Positions 21,386 through 31,491 of a DNA stretch of 64,000 bases are shown piece by piece. The translations under genes and the position numbers were made by a program. Positions within the stretch are counted from its first letter, which is position 1, and the number at the start of each line of letters is the position of its first letter. Source of the stretch: Gammaproteobacteria bacterium (GTDB lineage: Bacteria > Pseudomonadota > Gammaproteobacteria > Eutrophobiales > Eutrophobiaceae); contig OZ220696.1 of the NCBI GenBank assembly GCA_965116495.1, forward strand, positions 3,328,001-3,392,000, read 5' to 3'. Below the pieces are notes generated by a model. That model was not told the origin of the DNA. It saw only the letters and a program-made list of their open reading frames with translations, and made no database searches.

Positions 21386-22537
21386 ATGTTGAATGTGCTC
21401 CATGTCGTTCCAAGCATGTCACCCTCATGGGGCGGGCCGGCAATCGTCGCATCGGAACTGACGTCGGAACTTGTTCGGCGCGGGGTGATATGTGAGATTG
21501 TGACAGCCCATGGGCACAGGGTAGGCACAGGCCAGGTACCGACCCCCGGCGTGCCCATCACCAGCTTTGCTACGGAGTTGCCGGCGCGGTTCTGGACCGG
21601 CTACTCAAGGGAAATGACCCGGTTTATGCGAGCCAGGACCGGTAGCTTCGACCTCATCCATGTCCACGAGATATGGCATTACCCCGCGTTTGCGGCGTTT
21701 TATGCCGCAAGGCGGCACAAGCTCCCCTATGTTGTGACCATACACGGCGAACTCAGTGACTGGGGTCTTCGGCAGAAGGCGCTGAAGAAGCGGCTGTACA
21801 GGTTGTGTGAACTGGACCGGCGGCTGAACGAAGCCGGTTCGCTTCATGCAATCACCAGCACCGAAAAAGAACAGATTCTCAAGCTGGGCTATAAGGCGCC
21901 GGTGTTGATTGCCCCAAACGGCATTAACCCATCCATATTCGAGGCGTTACCTTCTCCAGCCAGGTTTTTACAACGCTTCCCGGCTTTAAAAGGAAAGCGC
22001 GTAGTGCTTTTCCTGGGCCGGTTGCATCTCAAGAAAGGCCTGGACATACTGGCGCGAAGTTTTTCGATGATCGCCAGGCAATTTGAAGACGCGATACTAC
22101 TGGTTGCAGGCCCCGATAAGTTCGGCACCCGGGAAAACATGGAGTCCATCCTGCGTTCGAACGGCCTGCTGGGCAGGGCGGTGTTTACCGGACTGTTGAC
22201 CGGTGAAGACAAGCTGGCAGCGATGAATTATGCCGACCTTTTCGTATTGCCGTCACATTCCGACGTGCTGGGGATAGCCGTGATGGAGGCGATGGCGGCG
22301 CGCTTGCCGGTTATCATAACCTCCGGGTGTGAGTTCCCGGAGGTTTCCGAACGCGCAGCGGGCCTTGTCGTTGAAGCTGACGATGCATCCGTTGCCGTAG
22401 CCATAAGCCGGTTGCTGGCAGATGAAAACCTGCGCAAGCGCATGGGCCAACAGGGGAATAAACTGGTTAACGAACGATATACCTGGCAGGCTACGGCGGA
22501 TACGATAGTTGGCCTCTATACGGGTCTCGTGTCCTGA
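21386..22537 (+). CDS. Glycosyltransferase family 4
   Basis: GGP N-terminal loop, FLGRLHLKKG and AVMEAMAARLPV. Confidence 0.9.
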   Translation: MLNVLHVVPSMSPSWGGPAIVASELTSELVRRGVICEIVTAHGHRVGTGQVPTPGVPITSFATELPARFWTGYSREMTRFMRARTGSFDLIHVHEIWHYPAFAAFYAARRHKLPYVVTIHGELSDWGLRQKALKKRLYRLCELDRRLNEAGSLHAITSTEKEQILKLGYKAPVLIAPNGINPSIFEALPSPARFLQRFPALKGKRVVLFLGRLHLKKGLDILARSFSMIARQFEDAILLVAGPDKFGTRENMESILRSNGLLGRAVFTGLLTGEDKLAAMNYADLFVLPSHSDVLGIAVMEAMAARLPVIITSGCEFPEVSERAAGLVVEADDASVAVAISRLLADENLRKRMGQQGNKLVNERYTWQATADTIVGLYTGLVS

Positions 22538-24084
22538 TGAGCAATAACGGCGGGCGTGAAATGAGCCTCAGCGCGCGTACGCTCAGCGGACTGGGATGGT
22601 CTTACCTGGCTACCTTTATCAAGGCTCTCATGTCCTTGCTGGTGCTGGTGATCCTCGCCCGGTTGCTCGAACCGGTTGATTTTGGACTGCTTGCCATTGC
22701 CTGGATTTTTATCCTGTTCGGCTTGAGAGTCGGCCAGGCGTTTGTCGGGCCCGCAATCATCCAGCGGTCTGAGTTGACCGAGCGCCATATTCAAACCGGT
22801 TTCACCCTGTCATTGATAGCAGGTGTTTCCCTGGCGGTATTCATCTATCTGCTTGCGCCGCTTGTCGGTAAGTTCTTTGATGAAGCAACGGCGTCCCGTG
22901 TCCTGCAGGCTTTATCGGTGATTTTTCTCATTAACAGTATCGGCACTGTACCTGTCCATTTGCTGCGCCGCGAACTCCGCTTCAGGGAGTTGATGTTTGC
23001 CGACATTCTGGCCTATTCCATTGGTTACGGATTTACGGCCGTCATCCTCGCGTTCCAGGGTTATGGTGTATGGGCCCTGGTCTGGGGCGAGATCATGCAC
23101 AAGGTCATCCATACGCTTATGGTCTTCCGCTGTACTCGTGTACGCCTTTGTCCCCGTTGGGCGCCGGATGAAGCAACTGACCTGCTTTCCACCGGGGCCG
23201 GATTTTCGCTGGCCCGGTTTTTTGAGTTCATCGCCCGGCAGGGAGGTCATTTCGTTGTCGGGCGCTGGGTAGGCGCCGCGTCACTCGGGTTTTACACGCG
23301 GGCGGACAAGCTGATCCTGTTGCCGAGAAACTACGTCAGCCAGGGTTTGTTCCATGTTCTGTTTCCGGCGATGGCACAGCGGCAACGGGGGACGGATAGT
23401 CTGGCGACCGTATACCTGCACGGTACCGAGATATTATCGCTGGTAGCGTTGCCGATTGGCGTCATGCTGTATGTCTGCGCCCCCGAGATCGTCACTGTGA
23501 TCCTGGGTGGGCAGTGGGGTCCGGTAATTGTCCTCCTCCAGATCCTGGCGTTTGCCGTTCTGTTCCAGATGTGCGATATCCTTAATCTCGCCGCTATCGG
23601 CGCTGTAGGTGCGGTGTATCGCCAGGCCTGGCGGCAAGCCATACATGCTTTTCTTGTTGTATCCGGCGCCTGGTTTGCGAGCGGATGGGGCCTTGAAAGC
23701 GTGGTTATGGCTATCGTTGGCGCCCAGCTTGCAGCCTACCTGCTGTTGACACAGTTGACGGTATCGCTGCTTGGATTGAGCCGGCTTCGCCTGATGCGCT
23801 GCTTCCTGCCGGCGTTATGGACAGGCACCTGGGTTGCCGTGGCACTGTGGTCGGCTGCAAGCCAGGCCCGGGCCTTGCACCTGCCGCCGCTACTGTCTCT
23901 TTTTATAGAGATGCTTGTCTGGACTGTAGCGGTTATCACAGCGCTGTATTTCGCACCGCGCTGTGTCCGTCCCCAGTCCGCCCGCTGGGTTGGTGCCAAT
24001 ATCCCTTTTGAGGTCCTGGGAAAACCCGGACAATACATTGGGAACGGACTGAAATGGTTGTTAAGCGAACGGGGGGATCATTGA
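22537..24084 (+). CDS. Wzx-type polysaccharide flippase (WzxC-like)
   Basis: LARLLEPVDFG and GYGVWALVW; many transmembrane segments; alternative ATG at 22561. Confidence 0.88.
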   Translation: MSNNGGREMSLSARTLSGLGWSYLATFIKALMSLLVLVILARLLEPVDFGLLAIAWIFILFGLRVGQAFVGPAIIQRSELTERHIQTGFTLSLIAGVSLAVFIYLLAPLVGKFFDEATASRVLQALSVIFLINSIGTVPVHLLRRELRFRELMFADILAYSIGYGFTAVILAFQGYGVWALVWGEIMHKVIHTLMVFRCTRVRLCPRWAPDEATDLLSTGAGFSLARFFEFIARQGGHFVVGRWVGAASLGFYTRADKLILLPRNYVSQGLFHVLFPAMAQRQRGTDSLATVYLHGTEILSLVALPIGVMLYVCAPEIVTVILGGQWGPVIVLLQILAFAVLFQMCDILNLAAIGAVGAVYRQAWRQAIHAFLVVSGAWFASGWGLESVVMAIVGAQLAAYLLLTQLTVSLLGLSRLRLMRCFLPALWTGTWVAVALWSAASQARALHLPPLLSLFIEMLVWTVAVITALYFAPRCVRPQSARWVGANIPFEVLGKPGQYIGNGLKWLLSERGDH

Positions 24085-24168
24085 CAACATTGATTGAACA
24101 GTCATACTCTGCATATCATTTGATGTTGATTGCAGTAGCCTTTGTAGCTGATTTGTCTGGTTATAAGC

Positions 24169-24822
24169 GTGAACGAAAGAAACGGCGTGCGTGACGGGTA
24201 TAAACGCGCTTTCGACCTGGCCGTTATTTCCATGGCCTGTATCCTACTGTTACCCCTGTGGCTGATCGTCTGGATAGTTGTTCCGCTTGCCATCTGGCTG
24301 GAAGATCGCGGGCCGGTTTTCTACGCGCAGGAACGTGTAGGCAGGGGGGGAACGCACTTCAGAGTCCTCAAGTTTCGTACGATGATACAGAATGCTGAGA
24401 GTTTGACGGGACAGGTCCTTGCCGCGGAAGATGATCCCCGTCTGACCGGGGTTGGGAGAATATTGCGTAAATTCCATCTTGACGAGATGCCCCAGGTCAT
24501 CAATATCGTGAGAGGCGAGATGAGCCTGGTAGGACCGCGCCCGGAACGGCCGGCCCTGGCCGAACAGTTCAACCGCGAGGTGCCCGGATTCTCGCAGCGT
24601 CTCAGGGTGAGGCCGGGTATCGCCGGCCTGGCTCAGGTGCGCGGCAGTTACTGGACGGATCCGGGTTACAAGCTGAGATACGACAACCTCTACATTGAAA
24701 CGATGAGTCCGTGGCTGGACTGCAAGCTGCTTTTTCTCTCCGTATGGGTCGCCATCAAGCGTGTCTTTTCCGGTCCGGACGCTTCTGTTTCCGATAACGG
24801 CGCCGGGGAAGGCCAGCCCTGA
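24169..24822 (+). CDS. Polyprenyl-phosphate sugar phosphotransferase (bacterial sugar transferase)
   Basis: KRAFD, KFRTM, LDEMPQ and GEMSLVGPRPE. Confidence 0.92.
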   Translation: MNERNGVRDGYKRAFDLAVISMACILLLPLWLIVWIVVPLAIWLEDRGPVFYAQERVGRGGTHFRVLKFRTMIQNAESLTGQVLAAEDDPRLTGVGRILRKFHLDEMPQVINIVRGEMSLVGPRPERPALAEQFNREVPGFSQRLRVRPGIAGLAQVRGSYWTDPGYKLRYDNLYIETMSPWLDCKLLFLSVWVAIKRVFSGPDASVSDNGAGEGQP

Positions 24823-24853
24823 TGAAAAAAGCGAAGCGGGAGGCAGGCAGTTG

Positions 24854-25687
24854 GTGACTGAGCTGAAGCAGGACCGGCAGGTAACAGTATCGATCATCAT
24901 CCTGACCTGGAATTCCGAGCAGCATATCGGTGCGTGTTTAGCTTCACTCGAGCGCGGGCTGGAAACATATTCTTCCGAAGTTATCGTAATTGACAACGGT
25001 TCAAGCGATCTCACCTGTTCCATTGTCAGGGAGGCCCGGCCTGGTGTACGGCTGGTAACCAATCCCGAAAACCGGGGAGTGGCCCCGGCCCGTAACCAGG
25101 GGATACGTCTTGCGCAAGGCAAATACATACTTATCCTTGATGATGATACGGTAGTACAACCGGGATCCCTTGACTGCCTCACCTGCTACATGGAGGATCA
25201 GCCTGTGACCGGACTATGCGGACCCAGACTCAGCGGCGCTGACGGGGAGTTGCAGTTATCGTGCAGGCGCTTTCCGACCCTGACAGACAAGCTGGCCCGG
25301 CGCCTGCCTTCAGGTCTGGGCCGGAAAGCCGCGCGCGTTGCGGAGATGGCGGACTGGGACCACGGGACAATTCGTGCGGTTGATTATGTGATCGGCGCCT
25401 GCCAGCTGATACGCCATAGTGCCTTGCAGCAGGTTGGACTGTTCGACGAGCGTATTTTTTACGGTCCGGAGGATGTCGATATGTGCCTGCGCCTGCAGCA
25501 GGCGGGCTGGGCAGTGGTATATAATCCTGAAGCCGTTGTGGTACACGAAGAACGCAGGATGACCCGGTCCCTGAAATCCGGCCTGTTGTGGAAGCATATT
25601 TGCGGGCTCGGTTACTTTTTCTGGAAGCATGGGTATCTGTTTTCCCGGCGACAGTTATACATCAAAACGGCAGATAGTGACGAGTGA
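24854..25687 (+). CDS. Glycosyltransferase family 2 (WbbL/rhamnosyltransferase-like)
   Basis: VSIIILTWNS, IDNGSSD, LDDDT and FDERIFYGPEDVD; start uncertain (24851 or 24854). Confidence 0.85.
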   Translation: MTELKQDRQVTVSIIILTWNSEQHIGACLASLERGLETYSSEVIVIDNGSSDLTCSIVREARPGVRLVTNPENRGVAPARNQGIRLAQGKYILILDDDTVVQPGSLDCLTCYMEDQPVTGLCGPRLSGADGELQLSCRRFPTLTDKLARRLPSGLGRKAARVAEMADWDHGTIRAVDYVIGACQLIRHSALQQVGLFDERIFYGPEDVDMCLRLQQAGWAVVYNPEAVVVHEERRMTRSLKSGLLWKHICGLGYFFWKHGYLFSRRQLYIKTADSDE

Positions 25688-25776
25688 ATAGGTGTTTGAT
25701 TGTACAAAACAAAGCGCTATATATTGGAAATCAAACGATAGTCGATTAAATTCCTTTAATCGTCTGATTTTTTCTG

Positions 25777-26523
25777 ATGGATAAAGTATCTGTAGTTATT
25801 CCCAGCTACAACTCTTCATCATATGTGATGAAGGCCATCGACTCTGTTTTGAACCAAACATATGACAACTTGGAAATAATATTAGTTGATGATGCCTCTA
25901 CAGATGATACCTGTTCCATAGTCAAACGAACCAATGACCCACGCCTAAAAGTCATAGTCCGTGAAAATAATGGTGGTGCTGCCGCAGCGCGGAACACGGG
26001 TATCAATGCAGCATCCGGCCGATATATCGCCTTTCTCGATGCGGATGATTATTGGTCAGTAAATAAATTGTCAGTACAGATAAGTGAGATGCGGAAGCAT
26101 GATGCAAGCTTCTCATGTACTAATTACATCGTTGTAGCGAAAAAGAGAAAGTTGTTACTGAAAATGCCGGAAGAAATAAATTATAGACAGCTTCTCAAGG
26201 GAAATATTATCCATACATCTACAGTGGTATACGATAGTGATAAGCTCGGAAAAATCTATATGCCTGAGTTACAAATGGCTGAGGATTTTGCTACCTGGTT
26301 AAATCTTCTCAAGCGCGGCGGAACAGCTTTGATTGTACGGCAATCATTGGCATATCGCCTGAGACGCAGCGACTCACTTTCCTCAAGAATATTAACTATG
26401 AAATATTTCACCTACAGGGTATACAGGGAGACGCAGGGGCTGCCGGCAACCACTTCACTTTACTACTTGTTAAGCGTCCTGCCGGTGGCGTTGTGGAAGC
26501 GATTAAGAGGGAATTATATTTAG
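25777..26523 (+). CDS. Glycosyltransferase family 2 (TuaG-like), AT-rich
   Basis: VSVVIPSYN, VDDASTD and AFLDADD. Confidence 0.88.
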   Translation: MDKVSVVIPSYNSSSYVMKAIDSVLNQTYDNLEIILVDDASTDDTCSIVKRTNDPRLKVIVRENNGGAAAARNTGINAASGRYIAFLDADDYWSVNKLSVQISEMRKHDASFSCTNYIVVAKKRKLLLKMPEEINYRQLLKGNIIHTSTVVYDSDKLGKIYMPELQMAEDFATWLNLLKRGGTALIVRQSLAYRLRRSDSLSSRILTMKYFTYRVYRETQGLPATTSLYYLLSVLPVALWKRLRGNYI

Positions 26524-26583
26524 GGAATCTCTGACTATTTCCAGAGGTTCCATTACGGAAGAGTGGTAATAATAGATTTCTTG

Positions 26584-27384
26584 TCACCCATTCACCCAGC
26601 AACGATCTGTTTCGTAACCCAGATCTATCAGTGCCTGGCCGGCATAATAATCAAATACTTCCCGCGCTTCCCGTGTGAAGTGGTTTTTCCAGTCACCAAC
26701 GATGCCTTTGCGTACAAAGCTGAAAGCGTCTTCTTCTCCCGTATTGCGTCCTGTTACGTTCTCGAACGAAAACTTGGATATGCATGTGTCGAGTTTTAAT
26801 TCGTCAATGTTCTCTACCGACAGGAATTCGAAAATCTTTTTCAGTTCGCGTCCTGGACTCTCACGCATCTGTTCGTAGCTGGTTTCTACGTAGCCGGACC
26901 TGTTCTTCCAGGTCTCGATGAAACTGGTCCAGGTCATGTTGTGCGGTGGTCCATCAGAGAAAAAATATTCGATATATCTCGGCAAATTGTGTTTAATATC
27001 ACGCGCATCAGTAATTCCTAGCTGTTTCTGCTGCATTTCCGCCCAAGCTGGCATTGTCCTGCGCCGGTGAAACAGGTGATAATAATAGTGAGATACAATC
27101 ACGTCTCTTCCGTCTCTCCACATAACAATAGTGTCATTCGCGTCGGAGACATTCAGGTAATGGCCATGCAGCACACAACGGCGGCGAGACGGTAAATGGT
27201 CGCGGGTGTTCGGAATGTCCAGGTACTCAGCGATCATCTGGCACACCCAAGTCCCTCCTGACTTTGGATGTTCGGTAAGTACGATCTTTGACGGGCCGGA
27301 ACCCGGGATGCTATAAACCATAGCATCCTTTATAGTATCGTGGAGTTTACGCCACCAGCGTGTATTTCTTCGTTCGAAAATCAT
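26584..27384 (-). CDS. PAPS-dependent sulfotransferase
   Basis: HPKSGGTW 5'-PSB loop, RDGRDVIVS 3'-PB and FVRKGIVGDWKNHF. Confidence 0.9.
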   Translation of the reverse strand: MIFERRNTRWWRKLHDTIKDAMVYSIPGSGPSKIVLTEHPKSGGTWVCQMIAEYLDIPNTRDHLPSRRRCVLHGHYLNVSDANDTIVMWRDGRDVIVSHYYYHLFHRRRTMPAWAEMQQKQLGITDARDIKHNLPRYIEYFFSDGPPHNMTWTSFIETWKNRSGYVETSYEQMRESPGRELKKIFEFLSVENIDELKLDTCISKFSFENVTGRNTGEEDAFSFVRKGIVGDWKNHFTREAREVFDYYAGQALIDLGYETDRCWVNG

Positions 27385-27594
27385 ATATCTGTAGGAGAAA
27401 CAGAATAGTTACAGGTTTTTTGGTTTGCCATAGACCTAAGTAAACACTATAGTATTTACACAAAATATATCGCATAACATTTTATCTTGTAAATCATTCT
27501 AGTTGAAATTCAACCGGTGGCTTCTTCTTCACATATATGAAGACGTGATTTTACGCTACCGAATTCAGCAGCACTAATACCCAGATACAAGACA

Positions 27595-28506
27595 TTGAGG
27601 TCATACAATACAGTGAATTTTTTCATTGTCGGTGCAGCCAAATCTGGGACTACGACCCTATTCGAGACTTTGAACAGGCACCCCTCGATTTTTATACCGC
27701 AACACAAGGAATGCCGTTATTTTTCCTGTTTACCTGCAACATTCTCGGGGCTTAGCCCGAATACTACAAAATATTTGGTTCGGACTTTCGAAGAATATCG
27801 CAATTTGTTCAAAGGAGCTAAACCCGGCCAACTATGCGGCGATATTTCGCCTGATTACCTGTACTATCACAGAAACGCTGTGTCCAAGATAATTGCTGAG
27901 ATTAATGCGCAGGTTCCGGTTGTTATCGTTTTGCGTAACCCCATTGACCGTGCCTATTCAAATTACCTCCATCATGTCAGAGATGGGCGCGAATATATGA
28001 GTTTTGAAGCTGCGCTCGAAGCGGAAACAGAACGTATAGCTTCAAATTGGGCTTGGGGATGGGGCTACGTAGATGTTGGATTGTACGCCGAACAGGTAAA
28101 GGCATACCTGGACAATTTTGAACGGGTCCTACTGCTTCTGTTTGAAGAAGACATCGAAACGGGCCGAGCAACCGGCAAGGTATTGAATTTTCTGAACCTT
28201 GAACCATCCCATGAAGACCTGGGGAAAGTACATGTAAACGTTTCCGGTTATCCGCAAAATCGTATCCTGCACCGCTTGATGACTGATGAACTGGTAGTCA
28301 GGAAAATCAAGAACGTGGTCAAGGCAACGCCGTTGTATCCTCACTCTAAGAAAGTTTACAGGAAGGTGATGGAAGCGAATCTGAAAAAGGAAGCCATGGC
28401 GCCGGAGACGCGGCGGATGCTGAAACAGAAGTTCAAGGACGATGTCGCCCTGCTAGTGGAGTACACCGGGCTACCCATCCAAAGATTCTGGGCAGATTTT
28501 CAATAA
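27595..28506 (+). CDS. Sulfotransferase family protein
   Basis: IVGAAKSGTTTL and LRNPIDRAYSNY; TTG start. Confidence 0.88.
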   Translation: MRSYNTVNFFIVGAAKSGTTTLFETLNRHPSIFIPQHKECRYFSCLPATFSGLSPNTTKYLVRTFEEYRNLFKGAKPGQLCGDISPDYLYYHRNAVSKIIAEINAQVPVVIVLRNPIDRAYSNYLHHVRDGREYMSFEAALEAETERIASNWAWGWGYVDVGLYAEQVKAYLDNFERVLLLLFEEDIETGRATGKVLNFLNLEPSHEDLGKVHVNVSGYPQNRILHRLMTDELVVRKIKNVVKATPLYPHSKKVYRKVMEANLKKEAMAPETRRMLKQKFKDDVALLVEYTGLPIQRFWADFQ

Positions 28507-28621
28507 ATTGAAGAGAAAATATTCTCTCTGGGAGGTTTGTTTTGAGCTTTGCTGAATCTGGGCAAGCAATTGCGCAAAGCCAGTTAACCCATACATTTTT
28601 GTACCCTATTTCTCCGGAACA

Positions 28622-29548
28622 TTGAGTAAATATAATCCAGTCGATTTTCTCATTGTCGGCGCTGCAAAATCGGGTACATCGACACTGTTTGAGAGCTTGA
28701 CAACACACCCCGGTGTCTTTATTCCCAGACGTAAGGAATGCCGTTATTTTTCCTGCATGCCCGGTAATTTCGTGGGACCGGGACGCGTAGCTGCAAATGA
28801 TGTAATTCGCTCTATTGATGAATATCGAGAACTATTCAGGGAGGCAAAGCTGGGTCAGCTTTGTGGTGATACTTCGCCCGACTACCTTTATTATCACCAA
28901 AATGCCGTCCCCAGGATTCTTGACGAAACCAGTACCCGTATACCGATCATTATCGTTTTGCGTAATCCAGTAGAGCGGGCTTATTCCAACTACCTAATGA
29001 AGGTGCGCGAAAGGCGGGAACGATTGAGTTTTGAAGATGCCCTGGACGCGGAACCAGAACGTCTTGCCAACCATTGGGCATGGGGATGGGGTTATGTGAG
29101 CGGAGGGTTTTATGCCGAGCAGGTCAAGGCGTACCTGGACAACTTTGATAATGTTTTGCTGATGATTTTTGAGGAAGACATCGTAACGGGCCGGGCAACC
29201 GGCAAGGTCTTGGGTTTCTTGAACCTTGAACCATGCCACAAAGGTCCGGATAAGGTACATGCAAATGTTTCCGGTTATCCGCAAAATCGCGTTTTACACC
29301 GGTTGATGACGGATGAACTGGTAGTCAGGAAAATCAAGAATATGGTCAAGGCAACGCCGTTGTATGCCCGTTCAAAGCAGATTTATCGGAAAGTGATGGA
29401 AGGGAACTTAAAAAAAGAGGCGATGGCGCCGGAGACGCGGCGGATGCTTAAAGAGAAGTTTCGGGACGATGTCTCACTGCTGGCGGAGTATACCGGACTC
29501 CCCGTGTACAAGTTCTGGACGGATTTCCGGCCCAGGGTGTTCCGCTGA
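28622..29548 (+). CDS. Sulfotransferase family protein, tandem paralog
   Basis: IVGAAKSGTSTL and LRNPVERAYSNY; near-identical C-terminal half to the upstream gene. Confidence 0.88.
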   Translation: MSKYNPVDFLIVGAAKSGTSTLFESLTTHPGVFIPRRKECRYFSCMPGNFVGPGRVAANDVIRSIDEYRELFREAKLGQLCGDTSPDYLYYHQNAVPRILDETSTRIPIIIVLRNPVERAYSNYLMKVRERRERLSFEDALDAEPERLANHWAWGWGYVSGGFYAEQVKAYLDNFDNVLLMIFEEDIVTGRATGKVLGFLNLEPCHKGPDKVHANVSGYPQNRVLHRLMTDELVVRKIKNMVKATPLYARSKQIYRKVMEGNLKKEAMAPETRRMLKEKFRDDVSLLAEYTGLPVYKFWTDFRPRVFR

Positions 29549-30048
29549 CAGGCAACTCTGTGCATATTGGAAGGTGTTCGCTTCGTTGTACTTTGCTTAA
29601 CTTCTCATCTAACGCACCAGTGCACTTTTTGACCCAAGCATTTATATAGAGGTAGTCAATATGAGCTACATCGTATATACAATACTCTGTAATACACTCT
29701 CAGTATTTACGGCAAAATGTGACTTTTCTCACATTTCCACTGATTCTTAACTGTCCAACTCATCCTGATCAGGTAAAATCAGTATCGCCATAAGGAAACA
29801 AGGCAATGGTCACTCAGGTCTGACGGGAATAAACCCGTACCGACCTCGGAAGACCGGTCGAATGGAACTCGAAAATGTATCCATGCTGTTGTTTTATGCG
29901 TTCCTCTGTGCCCGAGGGCGGCCAGGTTTGTGTTCGCCAGGCCAGGGATCAGGGACAGCCTGAGGGCACCAGGGGAACGGTTATACATATTCACCTGCCC
30001 CACTGCTTTTTCCGGCAAGGGATTGAATAAAAAATAAGAGAAAAATTG

Positions 30049-31350
30049 TCAAGTGGTTATCCAAGGGTTGTTGGTGTCTCCCCACAGGCAACTTATCGGC
30101 AGGGCGTATCTCCTCTCCCCGAAAGTCAGTTTCTTATCGCCAAGGTAAAATACGATGGAGGTAACATTCCGACGTTTGCCTGGCCCGGCGTTGCGGAACC
30201 AGTTCAAGTGCCTGAAGTCCTCCGCGTTCACTGACGAGGACGCTTTTACTTCAATTGCCACCAGGTGGTTCGCGCTTTCAGCGAGTATATCAATTTCACG
30301 TCCTCTCTGATCGCGCCAGTGATAGAAGCGAAAACTGTTTTCCTGGAAAGGTGCTGAGCGTATCAATTCTGACAGGACAAAGCTCTCAACCAGGCCGCCG
30401 AGTGCGGACGGGCTGGCATCGGCGTTGAAAGAATCCGGTCTCAGGTTGCGTAGTGCGGCAGCAATGCCTGTATCCACAAAATGATTTTTCGAGTTCTTGA
30501 TTTCGCGCCGGCTTTCGCCGGATGTCCAGGCTCCGAGTCTGGTGACAACTGAGAGTTTCAACAGAACATCAAGATACTGTTCCGTGGTTTTCCTCTGTAC
30601 GCCGACCAGTCCGCATAACTCTGCAATGTTGAGCTCCGTACCGGTGCGAACGGCTAGTTGATCGATCATACGACGCAGTGCATCAGTCTTGCGCACGCGC
30701 AGGATATCTGCAATGTCTCTGTCAACCACGGCATCCACGTAATTTCGATATGCAGCCTGCCTGGGGGCCAGCGGGTAACCCTTGATTTCCGGATATCCAC
30801 CGCGCAGCACGAGATCGATATAGCCGGCGCGCGTCAATGGCTCTGCCGGGGGTAAACTCTTTAAATCAAGGGAGTTTGAGACAGCCCAATCCAGCAGACT
30901 GCACGACGGCTGTGATTTTGTTTCAGCGATTGTCAAAGGCCAGAGCTTCAGGGTCATCACGCGCCCGGCCAGCGAGTCCATTATGTTTGCTGACGTAAAC
31001 AAGTTGGATGACCCGGTCAGGATAAACTGACCCTTGCGCCTGTTGACATCGACAATCATCTTAATCGCCAGCGCCAGCTTCTTTGAACGTTGCGCTTCAT
31101 CAATGATGAGAGGCGCATCGGCAACATCATCCAGCAGGCTTTCCAGTTGCCCTGACGGGTCGTCCTCTATGGCATTGAGCGTATTCTGGTCATCCAGCGT
31201 GATAAACTTACCCATATTCAGAATATCTCTGACGAGCGTTGTCTTTCCTGCTTGTCTGGGTCCGATAATGTTCACCACACGGGAGTAAGTGAGCGCTTCC
31301 AGTAACCTGGCACTCAGGTGACGAGGAAGAATGGAATTGTCATTCAGCAT
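30049..31350 (-). CDS. AAA_14 ATPase + DUF4143 protein
   Basis: GPRQAGKT, IDEAQR, ILTGSS, GGYPE and WRDQRGREID...AIEVK. Confidence 0.9.
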   Translation of the reverse strand: MLNDNSILPRHLSARLLEALTYSRVVNIIGPRQAGKTTLVRDILNMGKFITLDDQNTLNAIEDDPSGQLESLLDDVADAPLIIDEAQRSKKLALAIKMIVDVNRRKGQFILTGSSNLFTSANIMDSLAGRVMTLKLWPLTIAETKSQPSCSLLDWAVSNSLDLKSLPPAEPLTRAGYIDLVLRGGYPEIKGYPLAPRQAAYRNYVDAVVDRDIADILRVRKTDALRRMIDQLAVRTGTELNIAELCGLVGVQRKTTEQYLDVLLKLSVVTRLGAWTSGESRREIKNSKNHFVDTGIAAALRNLRPDSFNADASPSALGGLVESFVLSELIRSAPFQENSFRFYHWRDQRGREIDILAESANHLVAIEVKASSSVNAEDFRHLNWFRNAGPGKRRNVTSIVFYLGDKKLTFGERRYALPISCLWGDTNNPWITT

Positions 31351-31364
31351 ATAGGGACAGTTTT

Positions 31365-31425
31365 TTATGGTGAAAATGGTATTATTGTATATGGTGAAAA
31401 TTGTACTATAATATTGGTGAAAGTG
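31365..31425. repeat. Three direct repeats (TGGTGAAA core, 24/23-bp spacing) upstream of the minus-strand AAA_14 gene
   Basis: TGGTGAAA at 31368, 31392 and 31415. Confidence 0.75.
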
Positions 31426-31491
31426 TCAATAGAGCCTTTTGGTACGCTGAATTGTCATTGATGAAGCAGTGATACAATCGGAAAAAGCAAA

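Noticed and set aside
29899-29979. SRP (4.5S) or 6S RNA
   Set aside because: It lacks the SRP CAGG-NCC-GNAA-GG-AGCA motif and is too short for 6S; the resemblance is superficial.
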